From Candidatus Bipolaricaulota bacterium (lineage in GTDB: Bacteria; Bipolaricaulota; Bipolaricaulia; M55B111), in the NCBI GenBank assembly GCA_018334915.1, contig JAGXLB010000001.1, positions 11,017 through 75,016 on the forward strand: a stretch of DNA of 64,000 nucleotides, written 5' to 3'. A model generated the notes under the pieces. The model made no database searches. It was not told where the DNA came from and worked only from the letters and a program-made list of their open reading frames with translations. The position numbers and the translations under genes are program-made. Below, piece after piece: positions 47,625 through 58,504 of this stretch. How positions within the stretch are numbered: the first letter of the stretch is position 1; every line of letters starts with the position of its first letter.

Positions 47625-49754
47625 ATGATAATGACAAAACAGAAAACAGACGGGATTGTGGACGAAGAGATAAGGGACGAGGAGCTCGAGGAAATGCGGA
47701 ACATCGGCATCATGGCGCATATCGATGCTGGGAAGACTACTGCAACGGAGCGAATGTTATATTACTCCGGTCGGACCTATAAGATCGGGGAAGTCCACGA
47801 CGGGGACGCAGAAATGGACTGGATGGACCAGGAAAAAGAGCGGGGGATAACTATAACTTCTGCCGCTACCACCTGCTACTGGCAGGATCATCAGATTAAT
47901 ATTATCGATACTCCCGGCCATGTGGACTTCACTGCGGAAGTAGAGAGGTCTCTTCGGGTTCTGGATGGTGCGGTAGCACTGTTCTCCGGCGTTGAAATGG
48001 TCGAATCCCAGTCCGAAAAGGTCTGGCGACAGGCTGATCGTTACAATGTGCCGAGGATTGCCTTTGTAAACAAGCTTGATAGGACGGAATCACGATACGA
48101 CAAGACGATAGAAATGATCGAAGAGCGGTTAGGGGTAACCACCCTGCCGCTTCAATTAGTTTATAGGGACGATTCGGGCGAATTGGTAGGAATGATAGAC
48201 CTGATTAATCCGTCGCTAATGACCTGGGATCAGGATACGAAAGGTGCGGAATACGAGCGCAGTCCGATTCCGGAGGACGTAAAGGACAAAGCGGCCAGGT
48301 GGAGAGAAGATCTGGTTGAGAAGGCCGCCGAGTACGATGACGAGTTGATGATGCAATTCCTGGAAGAAGAAGAAATTTCCAAAGACCTGCTCGTCCGGGC
48401 TATCCGTAAGGCTACTATAGTGGGTTCGTGTGTGCCGGTTCTGGGTGGTTCGGCTCTTAAAAACGTAGGGGTTCAACCTATTCTGGATGCCGTGGTAAAT
48501 TATCTTCCCAGCCCGAACGACGTTCCGGCAGTTGAAGGTTTTCGCGTGGATGGAGAGGAAGACGGGGAAAAGCTAAAGCGGTATCCTTCGCCGGAAGAGC
48601 CTCTTGCGAGCCTTGCGTTCAAGGTGACCACGGATCAGTATACCGGAACACTGATTTATTTAAGAATCTATTCGGGAACTCTGGAAGAAGGAGATAACGT
48701 ATATAACCCGAATTCGGGTAACACGGAAAGGGTCTCCCGAATGTTTCACATGCATGCAAACCGAAGGGAGAGAGTGGATGAAGCCAAGGCTGGGGATATA
48801 GTAGCTGTAGTCGGACCCGATCATACGTCCACCGGGGAGACTCTTTGCAGTAAAGATGACCCGATAGTACTTCAGCGAATAGATTTTCCCGAACCGGTTA
48901 TATCAGTGGCAATAGAACCCCGGAAGGAATCTGACGAAAGCCGTTTAACTGATGCTATCAACAAGTTAGCCAAGGAAGATCCGACTTTTAAGGTGGAGAA
49001 CGATCCAGACACCAACCAGACGATAATTTCGGGGATGGGGGAGCTCCACCTGGAGATATTGACGAGAAGGCTGAAAGAGGAATTCGATGTAGAGGCACTC
49101 GTTGGGAAACCCAGTGTCACATATAAAGAGACACTCAAGTCGGACTCCGATATTGACGAGGAATTTGCCAAGCAGTCCGGGGGCAGGGGACAGTATGCCC
49201 GGGTCAAGATTCACTTTGAGCCGCTAAAGCGCGGTTCCGGCTTTGAATTCGAAAATGAGGTAAAGGAAGGAAGAGTTCCAAAGGAATATATCAAATCCGT
49301 CAGAGAGGGAATCGAAGAATCCCTTGGAAATGGGCAACTGGCCGGTTATAACGTAACAGACGTACGGGCTACTCTTTACGATGGCGCCCATCATCCAGTG
49401 GATTCTTCCGATATGGCTTTTAAAGCGGCAGGGTCGCGGGCAACAACCAGAGCACTCAAAGGGAACTCACGGTTGCTTGAACCGATAATGGAAGGAGAGG
49501 TGTTTGTTCCCGGTGACCACGTCGGTGACGTGATGGAAGATATATCCAAACGTCGAGGTAAAGTGACTGGAATAGAGAGCCGCGAGGGTATCCAGCTGGT
49601 GGAATTTAAACTTCCTCTTGCCGAGTCATTTGGTTATGCTACGAGGCTTCGTTCCATTACACGAGGTCGAGGTACTTATTCGCTGAGTTTTTCTCATTTC
49701 CAAGAAGTACCGGAGAAAGTAAAGGAGGAAATCTTAAATAAACGAGGTTATTAA
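47625..49754 (+). CDS. fusA: Elongation factor G
   Basis: [49 protein letters not shown]. Confidence 0.99.
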   Translation: MIMTKQKTDGIVDEEIRDEELEEMRNIGIMAHIDAGKTTATERMLYYSGRTYKIGEVHDGDAEMDWMDQEKERGITITSAATTCYWQDHQINIIDTPGHVDFTAEVERSLRVLDGAVALFSGVEMVESQSEKVWRQADRYNVPRIAFVNKLDRTESRYDKTIEMIEERLGVTTLPLQLVYRDDSGELVGMIDLINPSLMTWDQDTKGAEYERSPIPEDVKDKAARWREDLVEKAAEYDDELMMQFLEEEEISKDLLVRAIRKATIVGSCVPVLGGSALKNVGVQPILDAVVNYLPSPNDVPAVEGFRVDGEEDGEKLKRYPSPEEPLASLAFKVTTDQYTGTLIYLRIYSGTLEEGDNVYNPNSGNTERVSRMFHMHANRRERVDEAKAGDIVAVVGPDHTSTGETLCSKDDPIVLQRIDFPEPVISVAIEPRKESDESRLTDAINKLAKEDPTFKVENDPDTNQTIISGMGELHLEILTRRLKEEFDVEALVGKPSVTYKETLKSDSDIDEEFAKQSGGRGQYARVKIHFEPLKRGSGFEFENEVKEGRVPKEYIKSVREGIEESLGNGQLAGYNVTDVRATLYDGAHHPVDSSDMAFKAAGSRATTRALKGNSRLLEPIMEGEVFVPGDHVGDVMEDISKRRGKVTGIESREGIQLVEFKLPLAESFGYATRLRSITRGRGTYSLSFSHFQEVPEKVKEEILNKRGY

Positions 49755-49756
49755 AA

Positions 49757-50065
49757 ATGGCGAGAGAAAAAATAAGAATTAAGCTCAAAGGATATGACCA
49801 CGAGTTGGTCGACAGGTCGGTTGAGAAGATAGTTAAGACTGCGGAGGAAACCAGAGCAAAGATTTCCGGTCCGGTCCCTCTTCCAACCGAAAGAAAGCTG
49901 TATACTGTTCTACGATCACCCCATGTGAATAAGACTTCAATGGAGCACTTTGAGCGACGGATACATAACCGGTTGATCGATATACAGGAACCGACCTCGG
50001 AGACTATAAATGCGCTGATGGATATAGAATTGCCGACCGGAATCGACGTCGAAATAAAACTGTAA
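49757..50065 (+). CDS. rpsJ: 30S ribosomal protein uS10
   Basis: [24 protein letters not shown]. Confidence 0.99.
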   Translation: MAREKIRIKLKGYDHELVDRSVEKIVKTAEETRAKISGPVPLPTERKLYTVLRSPHVNKTSMEHFERRIHNRLIDIQEPTSETINALMDIELPTGIDVEIKL

Positions 50066-50104
50066 TAGCTTGATTGTTATCAGACTAACTGGGAGGTTCA
50101 TAAA

Positions 50105-50728
50105 ATGTTAGGGTTGTTAGGGGAAAAAGTTGGAATGACTCAATACTTTACGGAATCAGGTGCTTCTGTGGGAGCTACGGTAATAAAATCCGAGCCCGCG
50201 GTGGTTGTACAGGTAAAGTCCCTTGAAAGGGATGGTTATAACGGGATTCAACTTGGTTACAAGGATACAGAGAAGAGGAAATTGACCAAACCTATGAAGG
50301 GTCATTTTGATAAGCACGGAGTTCAGCCAAAAAAGTACTTGGTGGAGTATCGAGTGGATAATCCCGAGGATTACGATTCGGGCGACGAGGTAACTGTGGA
50401 ACAATTTCAGTCAGGCGATACCGTTGATGTGACCGGTAACTCAAAAGGTAAAGGTTTTCAGGGCGTTGTGAAGCGCTGGGGTTTCTCGGGTGGACCGAAA
50501 ACTCACGGCTCGAGATTTCACAGAAAACCCGGTTCCATTGGTATGTGTGTCGAGCCCGGTAGAGTCTTAAAAGGTCAAAAGTTGCCCGGAAGGACGGGTA
50601 ACGAAACAGTTACGATTCAGAACTTGGAAGTGTTAAAAACCAGCCCGGAAGATGATCTTTTGGTTCTAAAGGGTTCAGTTCCGGGTCCTAGAGATAATTT
50701 AATTCAGATCAGGGGTAGCAATGATTAA
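50105..50728 (+). CDS. rplC: 50S ribosomal protein uL3
   Basis: [32 protein letters not shown]. Confidence 0.99.
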   Translation: MLGLLGEKVGMTQYFTESGASVGATVIKSEPAVVVQVKSLERDGYNGIQLGYKDTEKRKLTKPMKGHFDKHGVQPKKYLVEYRVDNPEDYDSGDEVTVEQFQSGDTVDVTGNSKGKGFQGVVKRWGFSGGPKTHGSRFHRKPGSIGMCVEPGRVLKGQKLPGRTGNETVTIQNLEVLKTSPEDDLLVLKGSVPGPRDNLIQIRGSND

Positions 50729-51377
50729 GTTAGACGTTAGAGACGAAGAAGGCAACCTGAGTGAAGAGCTAGAGGTTCACGAGGAAATGCTGGGACTCGA
50801 TTTTCATAACGACCTCCTTTATCGAGCTGTAAAAGCTTACAGGGCAAATGGAAGGGCTGGTACCGCCAGTACCAAGGATAGATCAGAAGTCAAAAGTTCT
50901 AACAGAAAGCCCTGGCGTCAAAAAGGTACGGGAAGGGCCAGGCACGGGTCCAGAGCGTCTCCACTCTGGAGCGGTGGCGGTGTTATTTTTGGTCCCAAGC
51001 CGAAGGATCACGGGACAGATCTACCCAAGAAAATGAGACACAAGGCTATACGCAGCGCCCTTTCCACGCGATATTCCGAAGATAATCTGGTAGTAGTAGA
51101 AGAGCTTAAATTCAAAGAACCGAAGACTAAAAAAGCGTTGGCATTGCTGGAAGCTCTTGATTTGCCCAAGGATACTCTTATAATTTTCCTTCAGGAAGAA
51201 GATAGTTGGAAAATTAAAAAGTCCTTTAGCAATATTCCAGCTGCTAAATGCATCTCAGCTTCCCAGATTAATGCATATGAAATCTTAAATCATGAAGGGA
51301 TTTTAATAACTAGAGAATCCGTCGAGGAACTAAGCGAACTTTTACTGGATAGTAAATTTGAAAGGCAGGGGGTCTAA
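50721..51377 (+). CDS. rplD: 50S ribosomal protein uL4
   Basis: [25 protein letters not shown]. Confidence 0.99.
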   Translation: MIKLDVRDEEGNLSEELEVHEEMLGLDFHNDLLYRAVKAYRANGRAGTASTKDRSEVKSSNRKPWRQKGTGRARHGSRASPLWSGGGVIFGPKPKDHGTDLPKKMRHKAIRSALSTRYSEDNLVVVEELKFKEPKTKKALALLEALDLPKDTLIIFLQEEDSWKIKKSFSNIPAAKCISASQINAYEILNHEGILITRESVEELSELLLDSKFERQGV

Positions 51378-51671
51378 ATGGAATTAACCACGGAAGATAT
51401 CGTTGTAGAACCGGTAGTGACTGAAAATTCATGGCGACTCCAGGAGGAAAGTAATAAGTACGTCTTCCGGGTCCACCCTGACGCCAATAAAGTGATGATC
51501 CGTAATGCAGTAGAGGAATTGTTTAACGTTGAAGTTAACGACGTAAATACTATGAACCTCCAAGGAAAGCCCAAAAGAGAGCAACTAAATCAGGAAAAGG
51601 GTAAGACTAGTGCCTGGAAGAAGGCCTACGTTAGGCTTGCCGAAGGGGATAGGATTGACATATTTGGATAG
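51378..51671 (+). CDS. rplW: 50S ribosomal protein uL23
   Basis: PVVTE, YVF.V...ANK, AVEELF.V.V..VNT, WKKAYV.L. Confidence 0.98.
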   Translation: MELTTEDIVVEPVVTENSWRLQEESNKYVFRVHPDANKVMIRNAVEELFNVEVNDVNTMNLQGKPKREQLNQEKGKTSAWKKAYVRLAEGDRIDIFG

Positions 51672-51685
51672 GTTAAGGTGAAAAA

Positions 51686-52522
51686 ATGGGAATAAAAAGG
51701 TTTAAACCTGTAACGCCTTCAAGACGCCATTCCGAGTTGACGGACTTTGAAGAATTGACGACTGACGAACCCGAGGAATCCCTGCTCGAACCGCTGAAAA
51801 AATCTGGAGGGAGAAATAATCAGGGTAAAGAAACTGTTCGCGGACGTGGAGGCGGACACAAGAGGAAGTACAGGAAGATAGATTTCCAGCGGGACAAAGA
51901 GGGGATAAAGGGGAGAGTAATGAGTACCGAGTACGACCCGAACAGATCTGCCTGGATTACTTTATTGCTTTACTCCGACGGTGAACGGCGCTATATCATA
52001 TCCCCGTTGAAACTCCAGGTTGGAGATGTGGTTGAAGCAGGAGAGGAAGCCGAGATCAGGCCCGGAAATGCTCTACCTCTTAAGAAAATTCCAGCCGGGA
52101 AGCCGATTCATAATTTGGAGTTTTCTCCTGGTAGTGGAGGGAGGATAGCTAGATCGGCGGGAGTTGATGCGCGGATCGTAGCCAAGGATCCAGATAAAAT
52201 CGATGTAAAACTGCCTTCCGGTGAAATCAGGTCGTTTAATCCCGAGTGCACAGCCACGGTTGGTCAGGTAAGCAATCCGAGTCATAAGAACGTTAAGAGT
52301 GGCAAGGCCGGTCGTAGAAGACACATGGGGAGGAAGCCAAAAGTTAGAGGTACGGCCAAGAACGCCGTTGATCATCCTCACGGAGGAGGAGAAGGTCGAG
52401 CTCATGTAGGTAGGCCTCCGGTTTCTTCTACGGGTGTGCCTGCAAAGGGTGGCAAGACTAGAAAGGCGAAGGGAAGTGACGAAAAGATAATTAGACGAAG
52501 GACGAAGAAGAAGAGGGGGTAG
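51686..52522 (+). CDS. rplB: 50S ribosomal protein uL2
   Basis: [32 protein letters not shown]. Confidence 0.99.
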   Translation: MGIKRFKPVTPSRRHSELTDFEELTTDEPEESLLEPLKKSGGRNNQGKETVRGRGGGHKRKYRKIDFQRDKEGIKGRVMSTEYDPNRSAWITLLLYSDGERRYIISPLKLQVGDVVEAGEEAEIRPGNALPLKKIPAGKPIHNLEFSPGSGGRIARSAGVDARIVAKDPDKIDVKLPSGEIRSFNPECTATVGQVSNPSHKNVKSGKAGRRRHMGRKPKVRGTAKNAVDHPHGGGEGRAHVGRPPVSSTGVPAKGGKTRKAKGSDEKIIRRRTKKKRG

Positions 52523-52524
52523 TC

Positions 52525-52812
52525 ATGCCAAGGTCAGTTAAGAAAGGACCATACGTAAAAGACAGCTTGGACGAGAAGGTTGATAAGGCGAAGAATGGCG
52601 AAATAGAAGAAATCAAGACATGGTCAAGGGATTCTACGATATTGCCCAAAATGGTTGGTCTGACGATAAAAGTTCACAACGGAAAGGACCATGTTCCAGT
52701 GGAGATATCTGAGAATATGGTTGGTCACAAACTTGGTGAGTTCGCTCGGACCAGAACGTTCAGAGAACACGGTGGCATCACGAAGAAAGAGCCAATTACT
52801 CCGGTAGGTTAG
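52525..52812 (+). CDS. rpsS: 30S ribosomal protein uS19
   Basis: [24 protein letters not shown]. Confidence 0.99.
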   Translation: MPRSVKKGPYVKDSLDEKVDKAKNGEIEEIKTWSRDSTILPKMVGLTIKVHNGKDHVPVEISENMVGHKLGEFARTRTFREHGGITKKEPITPVG

Positions 52813-52813
52813 T

Positions 52814-53152
52814 ATGAAAGAAGCCAAAGCTATTACGAAAAACGTAAGAATTTCCCCGAAGAAAGCGCGGCCGGTTGCCGACGCCGTCCGGGGTAAATCG
52901 GTTGATGAAGCACTAAAAACGGTAAAGTTTTCCAAGAAGAAAGCCGCCCGGTTCCTGAAAGATACGCTGGAATCAGCGATTGCAAATGCTCAGCACAACC
53001 ACGATATGGCACTGGATAAGCTAAAGGTTAAGGAAGCCGCGGTTGACGAAGGGCAAACTATGAAACGGATGAAGCCAAGAGCTCAAGGTAGGGCTGATCT
53101 AATGCAAAGAAGGCAAAGCCATATTACAGTAATACTAGTGGAGGAAGAATAA
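52814..53152 (+). CDS. rplV: 50S ribosomal protein uL22
   Basis: RISPKK, SAIANA, PRAQGRA, SHITV. Confidence 0.99.
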   Translation: MKEAKAITKNVRISPKKARPVADAVRGKSVDEALKTVKFSKKKAARFLKDTLESAIANAQHNHDMALDKLKVKEAAVDEGQTMKRMKPRAQGRADLMQRRQSHITVILVEEE

Positions 53153-53808
53153 TGGGTCAGAAAGTTAACCCGGTCGGTTTTCGAGTTGGCGTTAACAAAA
53201 AATGGCAATCCAATTGGTATAGCGACGAAAAGGCCCCCGAATACGTCGCCGAAGACCACGAAATTCGAGAGTTAATCGAGGAACGGTATCGAGGTGCAGG
53301 CATAGCGGAAGTAAGTATAGAAAGGCCGAGGGACGACCGCATTTCGATGATAATTGTTTCGGCTCGTCCGGGAATAATAATTGGTAAGGGTGGCAATGAG
53401 ATAAATAATTTCCAGGAGGAGCTAAGTGACAAAACGGGCAGGAACGTAAATATATCCGTTAAAGAGGCTAATGATCCTCACCTCCAGGCCCAGCTGATAG
53501 CTCAGGAAGTTGCATTTCAGATCGAGAACAGGATACCGCCCAGCAGGGCAATGAAAGAAGTAATATCTCGCTCGATGGACAAAGGAGCCAAGGGTGTAAA
53601 GGTAAAGTGCTCTGGAAGAATCGGAGGAGCAAACCTTGCGAGGTCGGTTTCCCAGGATGAAGGAAGAATACCGCTTCAGACGATAAGAGCAGATATAGAT
53701 TACGGATTCATCGAAGCCCGGACTAAATACGGACCGATCGGTGTCAAGGCTTGGGTTTTCCGAGAAGAATTATTGCCCGAGGGTGTACCCGAAGGGTTGA
53801 GTCTCTAA
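53152..53808 (+). CDS. rpsC: 30S ribosomal protein uS3
   Basis: MGQKVNP.GFR, RPGIIIGKGG, PLQT.RADIDY. Confidence 0.99.
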   Translation: MGQKVNPVGFRVGVNKKWQSNWYSDEKAPEYVAEDHEIRELIEERYRGAGIAEVSIERPRDDRISMIIVSARPGIIIGKGGNEINNFQEELSDKTGRNVNISVKEANDPHLQAQLIAQEVAFQIENRIPPSRAMKEVISRSMDKGAKGVKVKCSGRIGGANLARSVSQDEGRIPLQTIRADIDYGFIEARTKYGPIGVKAWVFREELLPEGVPEGLSL

Positions 53809-53824
53809 TTGAGGATGGTAACAA

Positions 53825-54253
53825 ATGGCATTATATCCAGCTGATACAAAACATAGAAAACAACAACGTGGCCGAACAAAAGGAAAAGCCAGCAGGGGCA
53901 ATAAGGTCTCTTTTGGTGAATACGGAATTCAGGCAGAGGATCCCGGTTGGTTGACTAGCAAGCAAATAGAAACGGCGAGGATGACCCTGGCACACGAAAC
54001 CCAGCGTGACTCAAAGATCTGGGTAAGAGTTTTTCCAGACAAACCCATAACCAAAACTCCCGCAGAAACTAGAATGGGTAAAGGAAAAGGAGAACCGGCA
54101 GAATGGGTCGCGGTCATCAGGCCGGGAAGAATTGTCTTCGAGTTCTCAGGCGTGGATACCAAAAAGGCCAAAAGATTACACCAGTTGGTTTCTTACAAGC
54201 TGCCGATAAAAACGAGGTTGAAAGAAAGAATAAAGCTGGGAGGAGAAAAATGA
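53825..54253 (+). CDS. rplP: 50S ribosomal protein uL16
   Basis: RKQQRG, FGEYG, RVFPDKP, RMGKGKG, YKLP. Confidence 0.99.
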   Translation: MALYPADTKHRKQQRGRTKGKASRGNKVSFGEYGIQAEDPGWLTSKQIETARMTLAHETQRDSKIWVRVFPDKPITKTPAETRMGKGKGEPAEWVAVIRPGRIVFEFSGVDTKKAKRLHQLVSYKLPIKTRLKERIKLGGEK

Positions 54254-54450
54254 GGCCCGGGGAACTGAGGGAGATGACCTCCGAAGAACTGGACGAAAAG
54301 GTCGCCGAGTTGAAAGAAAAGTTGTTTAACTTGAGATTTCAGAAGGCGACTGGAGAACTGGACAATACTGCTGAAATCACGAAAACGAAAAAAGATATAG
54401 CTCGAGCGAAGACGATTCAAAGGGAAAGTGAGGGGGAAGAAGTGAAATGA
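54250..54450 (+). CDS. rpmC: 50S ribosomal protein uL29
   Basis: Start set at ATG 54250 (ATGA overlap with rplP); LFNLRFQ.ATG.L.N, KKDIAR.KT. Confidence 0.97.
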   Translation: MRPGELREMTSEELDEKVAELKEKLFNLRFQKATGELDNTAEITKTKKDIARAKTIQRESEGEEVK

Positions 54451-54698
54451 AAAAGACAAAGAAGGGAAGGGTAGTCAGTACTGCGATGGACAAGACTATT
54501 ACTGTGGCTGTGGATACCCAGAGGCGGCACCCGAGGTATAAGAAATACCTTAAGCAGCGATCAAAATTCTACGCTCACGACGAGACCGAGGAAGCTCAGG
54601 AAGGAGACCAGGTACTGATATCAGAGACCAGACCGATAAGCAAAAAGAAACGGTGGAAGCTGTCGGAAGTACTGGAAAGGTCGGGAGGGGAAGCGTGA
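54447..54698 (+). CDS. rpsQ: 30S ribosomal protein uS17
   Basis: [26 protein letters not shown]. Confidence 0.99.
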   Translation: MKKTKKGRVVSTAMDKTITVAVDTQRRHPRYKKYLKQRSKFYAHDETEEAQEGDQVLISETRPISKKKRWKLSEVLERSGGEA

Positions 54699-55063
54699 TC
54701 CACCAAGAGACGGAGTTAAAAGTAGCGGATAATTCGGGCGCGAAAAGGTTGAGGTGTATAAACGTTCTCGGTCAATCCAATAAGAACCAGGGAAAGATAG
54801 GCGATTTGATCACGGCTTCCGTCAAGAAACGGATACCCGATAGCGATCTTGAAAAGGGAGAAATAGTTCGTGCGGTTATAGTGAGGACCACGGGAAACTA
54901 TCGTAGAGAAGATGGGTCTTATATTAGGTTTGATGATAACGCCGCAGTGCTCGTTGATGACAGGATGGAACCGGTTGGTACCAGGATTTTTGGACCGGTA
55001 ACGAGAGAACTTAGAGAAGGTAATATGCTCCGTATTATATCCTTGGCGCCAGAGGTTCTATAG
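54695..55063 (+). CDS. rplN: 50S ribosomal protein uL14
   Basis: GTG start at 54695; [30 protein letters not shown]. Confidence 0.99.
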   Translation: MIHQETELKVADNSGAKRLRCINVLGQSNKNQGKIGDLITASVKKRIPDSDLEKGEIVRAVIVRTTGNYRREDGSYIRFDDNAAVLVDDRMEPVGTRIFGPVTRELREGNMLRIISLAPEVL

Positions 55064-55072
55064 GAGGTAAAT

Positions 55073-55384
55073 ATGAGGAAAGTCCAGAAAGGTGACAGGG
55101 TAAAGGTAATTGCAGGCAACGACAAGGGTAAAGAGGGAGAGGTGCTTAGTGTTGATCCGAAAAACAATAGAGTGGTAGTAGAAAACGTGAACTTTCGGTT
55201 GAAACACCAGGGCAGGACTCAGCAACAGAAGGAACCTGGAATAATTGAGCGCGAGGAGCCAATAGATATCTCGAACGTTATGCCTATATGTCCGTCATGT
55301 AATGAGCCAACTCGTATTGGGTTTGACGAAGTCGCCGGGGATAAGGTTAGGGTATGTAAGAAGTGCGAGGGGGTTCTGGAATAG
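55073..55384 (+). CDS. rplX: 50S ribosomal protein uL24
   Basis: KGD.V.VIAG.DKGK.G, E.PI.ISNV; CPSC...CKKC. Confidence 0.98.
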   Translation: MRKVQKGDRVKVIAGNDKGKEGEVLSVDPKNNRVVVENVNFRLKHQGRTQQQKEPGIIEREEPIDISNVMPICPSCNEPTRIGFDEVAGDKVRVCKKCEGVLE

Positions 55385-55387
55385 GAA

Positions 55388-55918
55388 ATGCTTAAAGAAA
55401 AATATGAGGAAGAAGTAAGAGACAGATTGATGAATGAACTTGGTTACGATAATACCATGGAAGTACCCGAAATAGAGAAAGTCGTAGTTAATATGGGGAT
55501 TTCAGAGCATGAGGACCCAAGCATAATAGACGGAGCCCTGGAAAACCTGAAAAACATAACCGGGCAAAGTCCCGTAGTGACGCGGGCCCGAAAGTCTATT
55601 TCGGATTTTGATATCAGAAGGGGTATTCCTGTAGGCTGTAAGGTGACTCTGAGGGGTGAAAGAGCGTACGAGTTTCTGAACAAACTTTACAACGTAGCTC
55701 TGCCCAGCATTAGAGACTTTCGGGGTCTTTCTCCGGATTCGTTTGACGGACGGGGAAACTACAGTCTAGGAATGGACGAGCAGCTCGTGTTTCCAGAAAT
55801 AACTTTCGACGACGTTCGGCAGGTACAGGGGATGGATATAACAGTCGTTACTAGTGCCGAAACCGATAGAGAAGGGTACTATCTCCTTAAAGAACTTGGT
55901 TCCCCATTCAGAGAATAA
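55388..55918 (+). CDS. rplE: 50S ribosomal protein uL5
   Basis: [31 protein letters not shown]. Confidence 0.99.
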   Translation: MLKEKYEEEVRDRLMNELGYDNTMEVPEIEKVVVNMGISEHEDPSIIDGALENLKNITGQSPVVTRARKSISDFDIRRGIPVGCKVTLRGERAYEFLNKLYNVALPSIRDFRGLSPDSFDGRGNYSLGMDEQLVFPEITFDDVRQVQGMDITVVTSAETDREGYYLLKELGSPFRE

Positions 55919-55930
55919 CTGGAGGTTGTT

Positions 55931-56116
55931 ATGGCTCGAAAAGCGTTGATTGAAAAAGCGAAAGAAGAGAAAAAGTACGATGTCAGGGACTATAACAGGT
56001 GTAATATTTGTGGACGTTCCAGGGGCTACATAAGGGATTTCGGGATATGTAGAGTATGTTTTCGAGAGTTAGCCCACAAGGGAGAGTTGCCGGGTGTTAA
56101 AAAAGCTAGCTGGTAA
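55931..56116 (+). CDS. rpsZ: 30S ribosomal protein uS14 (zinc-binding type Z)
   Basis: 61 aa, RC..CGR...[15 protein letters not shown]. Confidence 0.97.
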   Translation: MARKALIEKAKEEKKYDVRDYNRCNICGRSRGYIRDFGICRVCFRELAHKGELPGVKKASW

Positions 56117-56138
56117 AGCAATACCGGGAGGAGCATAA

Positions 56139-56537
56139 ATGACAACGCAGGATCCAATAAGTGACATGATCGCGAGGATAAAAAATGCCAGTCGGATGGG
56201 GCACGAGGACGTTACCTTGCCCAGTTCGAACTTCAAGGAATCAGTTGCGGAAGTACTGGTTGAGGAAGGGTACGTTTCGAGATACGAGGTAGAGGAACTG
56301 TCTGGCAATAAAAAGGAGCTTGAGATAGGCCTCAGTTATAATGAAGGAGAACCGGTAATTGACGGTATGGAAAAGGTCAGTAAACCGTCCAGGCGTATTT
56401 ACGTTTCTCAGGAGGAAATTCCAAAGGTCCTGGGTGGACTGGGAACCGCAGTGCTAAGTACGTCGCGCGGTCTAATGACGGGTAAGGACGCCAGGGAGGA
56501 TAACGTTGGCGGGGAGCTGCTGTTTAAGGTCTGGTGA
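56139..56537 (+). CDS. rpsH: 30S ribosomal protein uS8
   Basis: DPISDM..RI.NA, EEGY, SKPSRR.Y, STSRG, GGE. Confidence 0.99.
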   Translation: MTTQDPISDMIARIKNASRMGHEDVTLPSSNFKESVAEVLVEEGYVSRYEVEELSGNKKELEIGLSYNEGEPVIDGMEKVSKPSRRIYVSQEEIPKVLGGLGTAVLSTSRGLMTGKDAREDNVGGELLFKVW

Positions 56538-56547
56538 GGTGATTTAG

Positions 56548-57111
56548 ATGTCAAAAATTGGGAAGAGACCGATAGATATACCGGAAAACGTCGACCTGAG
56601 GGTCGAACCCGGGATGGTTACAGCGAAAGGTGAGAACGGAATAGAATTCACCCAGGAATACGACCCTGATTTTGTTACTGCTGAGATAAAAGATGACGAA
56701 CTTATAATGAGCCGGAAGGCGGACAAAAAGGAATATAAAGAAAAACACGGACTCTATCGTAGTTTGGTTGCAAACATGGTTGAAGGGCTGGTAAACCCGT
56801 TTGAAAAAACACTAGTTCTGGAGGGTCTCGGCTACCGAGTAAGGAAACAGGGGGGAAGTCTGGTTTTTGAGCTAGGTTACTCTCATCCGATTGAATATCC
56901 AATTCCCGAAAACATTGAGGCCGAGGTGGAGGACAACGATCAGGTCACAATAAAGGGACCAGAGAAGCAGGTAGTGGGTCAGGTGGCTGCGGATATAAAG
57001 AGCCTCCGTCCACCGGAGCCTTATAAAGGAAAAGGCATCAAGTATAAGGGCGAAGAAATAATCAGAAAAGAAGGTAAGCTTTCCGGCGGGGAAGAAGCAG
57101 AAATCGGATAG
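56548..57111 (+). CDS. rplF: 50S ribosomal protein uL6
   Basis: MSKIGK.P, HGL.R.L..NM, LGYSHP, PEPYKGKGI. Confidence 0.99.
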   Translation: MSKIGKRPIDIPENVDLRVEPGMVTAKGENGIEFTQEYDPDFVTAEIKDDELIMSRKADKKEYKEKHGLYRSLVANMVEGLVNPFEKTLVLEGLGYRVRKQGGSLVFELGYSHPIEYPIPENIEAEVEDNDQVTIKGPEKQVVGQVAADIKSLRPPEPYKGKGIKYKGEEIIRKEGKLSGGEEAEIG

Positions 57112-57165
57112 CCTGAAAAGTTCTGGAAACAAACAGTCATGATCAGAATTTAGGAGGATACATTA

Positions 57166-57528
57166 GTGCCAAAAGTCGACAGAGAGAAAAGGAGAAAGAT
57201 AAGGCATAAACGTATCAGGAATAATATTAGAGGGACATCGAACAAGCCCAGGGTTTACGTAAAGAAATCTAATAGGCATATTTACGCTCAGGCAATAGAT
57301 GATATCCATAGCGAAACTATTGCTGCCACCTCATCTTTGAGTCCAGAAATTGAGGAAGAGGTTGATAATGCAACGATCGAAACCGCCAGGAAGGTGGGTT
57401 CTTTGATGGCCTCGGAACTACTGGAGAAAGGCTATGAAACGATAGTTTTCGATAGGGGAGGATACCCTTATCACGGGCAAGTTAAGGCACTGGCCGACCA
57501 GATGAGAGAGGAGGGACTTGACTTTTAA
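57166..57528 (+). CDS. rplR: 50S ribosomal protein uL18
   Basis: SNRHIYAQ.IDD, FDRGGY.YHG.V.ALA. Confidence 0.98.
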   Translation: MPKVDREKRRKIRHKRIRNNIRGTSNKPRVYVKKSNRHIYAQAIDDIHSETIAATSSLSPEIEEEVDNATIETARKVGSLMASELLEKGYETIVFDRGGYPYHGQVKALADQMREEGLDF

Positions 57529-57530
57529 TT

Positions 57531-58040
57531 ATGGCAAGAAACGGTAGACGAGAAGATGATTTTGATGATAGCGTAATTGACATAAGCCGGGTTAGTAAAG
57601 TTACCAAGGGTGGAAGGAACCTTAGGTTTCGGGTTTTAGTTGCCGCGGGGAATTATGAAGGCAAGATTGGTGTGGGTTCAGGAAATACCGGTGAGATCCC
57701 TCAAGCCATTGGTCAGGCCGTAAGAGATGCGAAGAAGCACATAATAGACGTACCGATAGTGGATGGGACTATCCCACACGAAGTAGTTGGGGAATTCAAG
57801 GCAGGAAAAGTGGTACTAAAGCCAGCTTATAGAGGAACGGGAATAATTGCCGGCGACGTCGTGGGTACTATATGTCGACTTGCCGGGTTGGACAATATGT
57901 TGACCAAATCTCTTGGGACAAACAACCCTATGACCCTTGCAAAAGCTGTCATTGAGGGTTTCAGCAGGTTGAAGACCCCCGAAAGCGTGGCCAGAAAACG
58001 GGGTAAAGAGGTAGAAGATCTTGAGGAGGCCTTCCAATAA
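57531..58040 (+). CDS. rpsE: 30S ribosomal protein uS5
   Basis: RVSKVTKGGR, TIPH, PA..GTGIIAG, KSLG. Confidence 0.99.
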   Translation: MARNGRREDDFDDSVIDISRVSKVTKGGRNLRFRVLVAAGNYEGKIGVGSGNTGEIPQAIGQAVRDAKKHIIDVPIVDGTIPHEVVGEFKAGKVVLKPAYRGTGIIAGDVVGTICRLAGLDNMLTKSLGTNNPMTLAKAVIEGFSRLKTPESVARKRGKEVEDLEEAFQ

Positions 58041-58498
58041 TGAAGACATTAGATGATCTCAAACCTACGGAAGGTAGTAAACAGGAAAAGACACGCAGAG
58101 GCCGGGGCTACGGTTCCGGGACGGGAGGTCACGAATCCGGACGGGGAACGAAGGGCCAGAACGCCAGGAGTGGGGGTAAACCCAAAGTAGGTTTTGAGGG
58201 TGGGCAGACTCCGATATGGCGCAGGTTTCCTAAAGTAGGCTTTTCCAATCCAAATAAAAAGGAACTAGAGTGGATAAACGTCTATCAGCTGAATCGCTAC
58301 GAGGATGACGAGGTAGTAGACCCCGAGCGCCTCAAGAACGAGGGTCTTGTTGGAGATTTAAAAGACGGTTTAAAGGTTCTCGGAGATGGAGAACTTACAA
58401 AGAAATTAACCGTAAAGGCACATCAGTTCAGTGCGGGTGCAAAGGAAAAGATAGAAGACGCCGGTGGTAAGTGGGAATTGGTAGGTGACAAAGAGTGA
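58040..58498 (+). CDS. rplO: 50S ribosomal protein uL15
   Basis: GRG.GSG, GRG.KGQ.ARSG, GFEGGQTP, KVLG.G, AKEKIE.AGG. Confidence 0.99.
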   Translation: MKTLDDLKPTEGSKQEKTRRGRGYGSGTGGHESGRGTKGQNARSGGKPKVGFEGGQTPIWRRFPKVGFSNPNKKELEWINVYQLNRYEDDEVVDPERLKNEGLVGDLKDGLKVLGDGELTKKLTVKAHQFSAGAKEKIEDAGGKWELVGDKE

Positions 58499-58504
58499 TA
58501 ATTC

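Noticed and set aside
54103..54694. Extended N-termini of rpmC (from 54103) and rplN (from 54653) in the ORF track
   Set aside because: Better starts at 54250 and 54695 have SDs, stop/start overlaps and canonical lengths.
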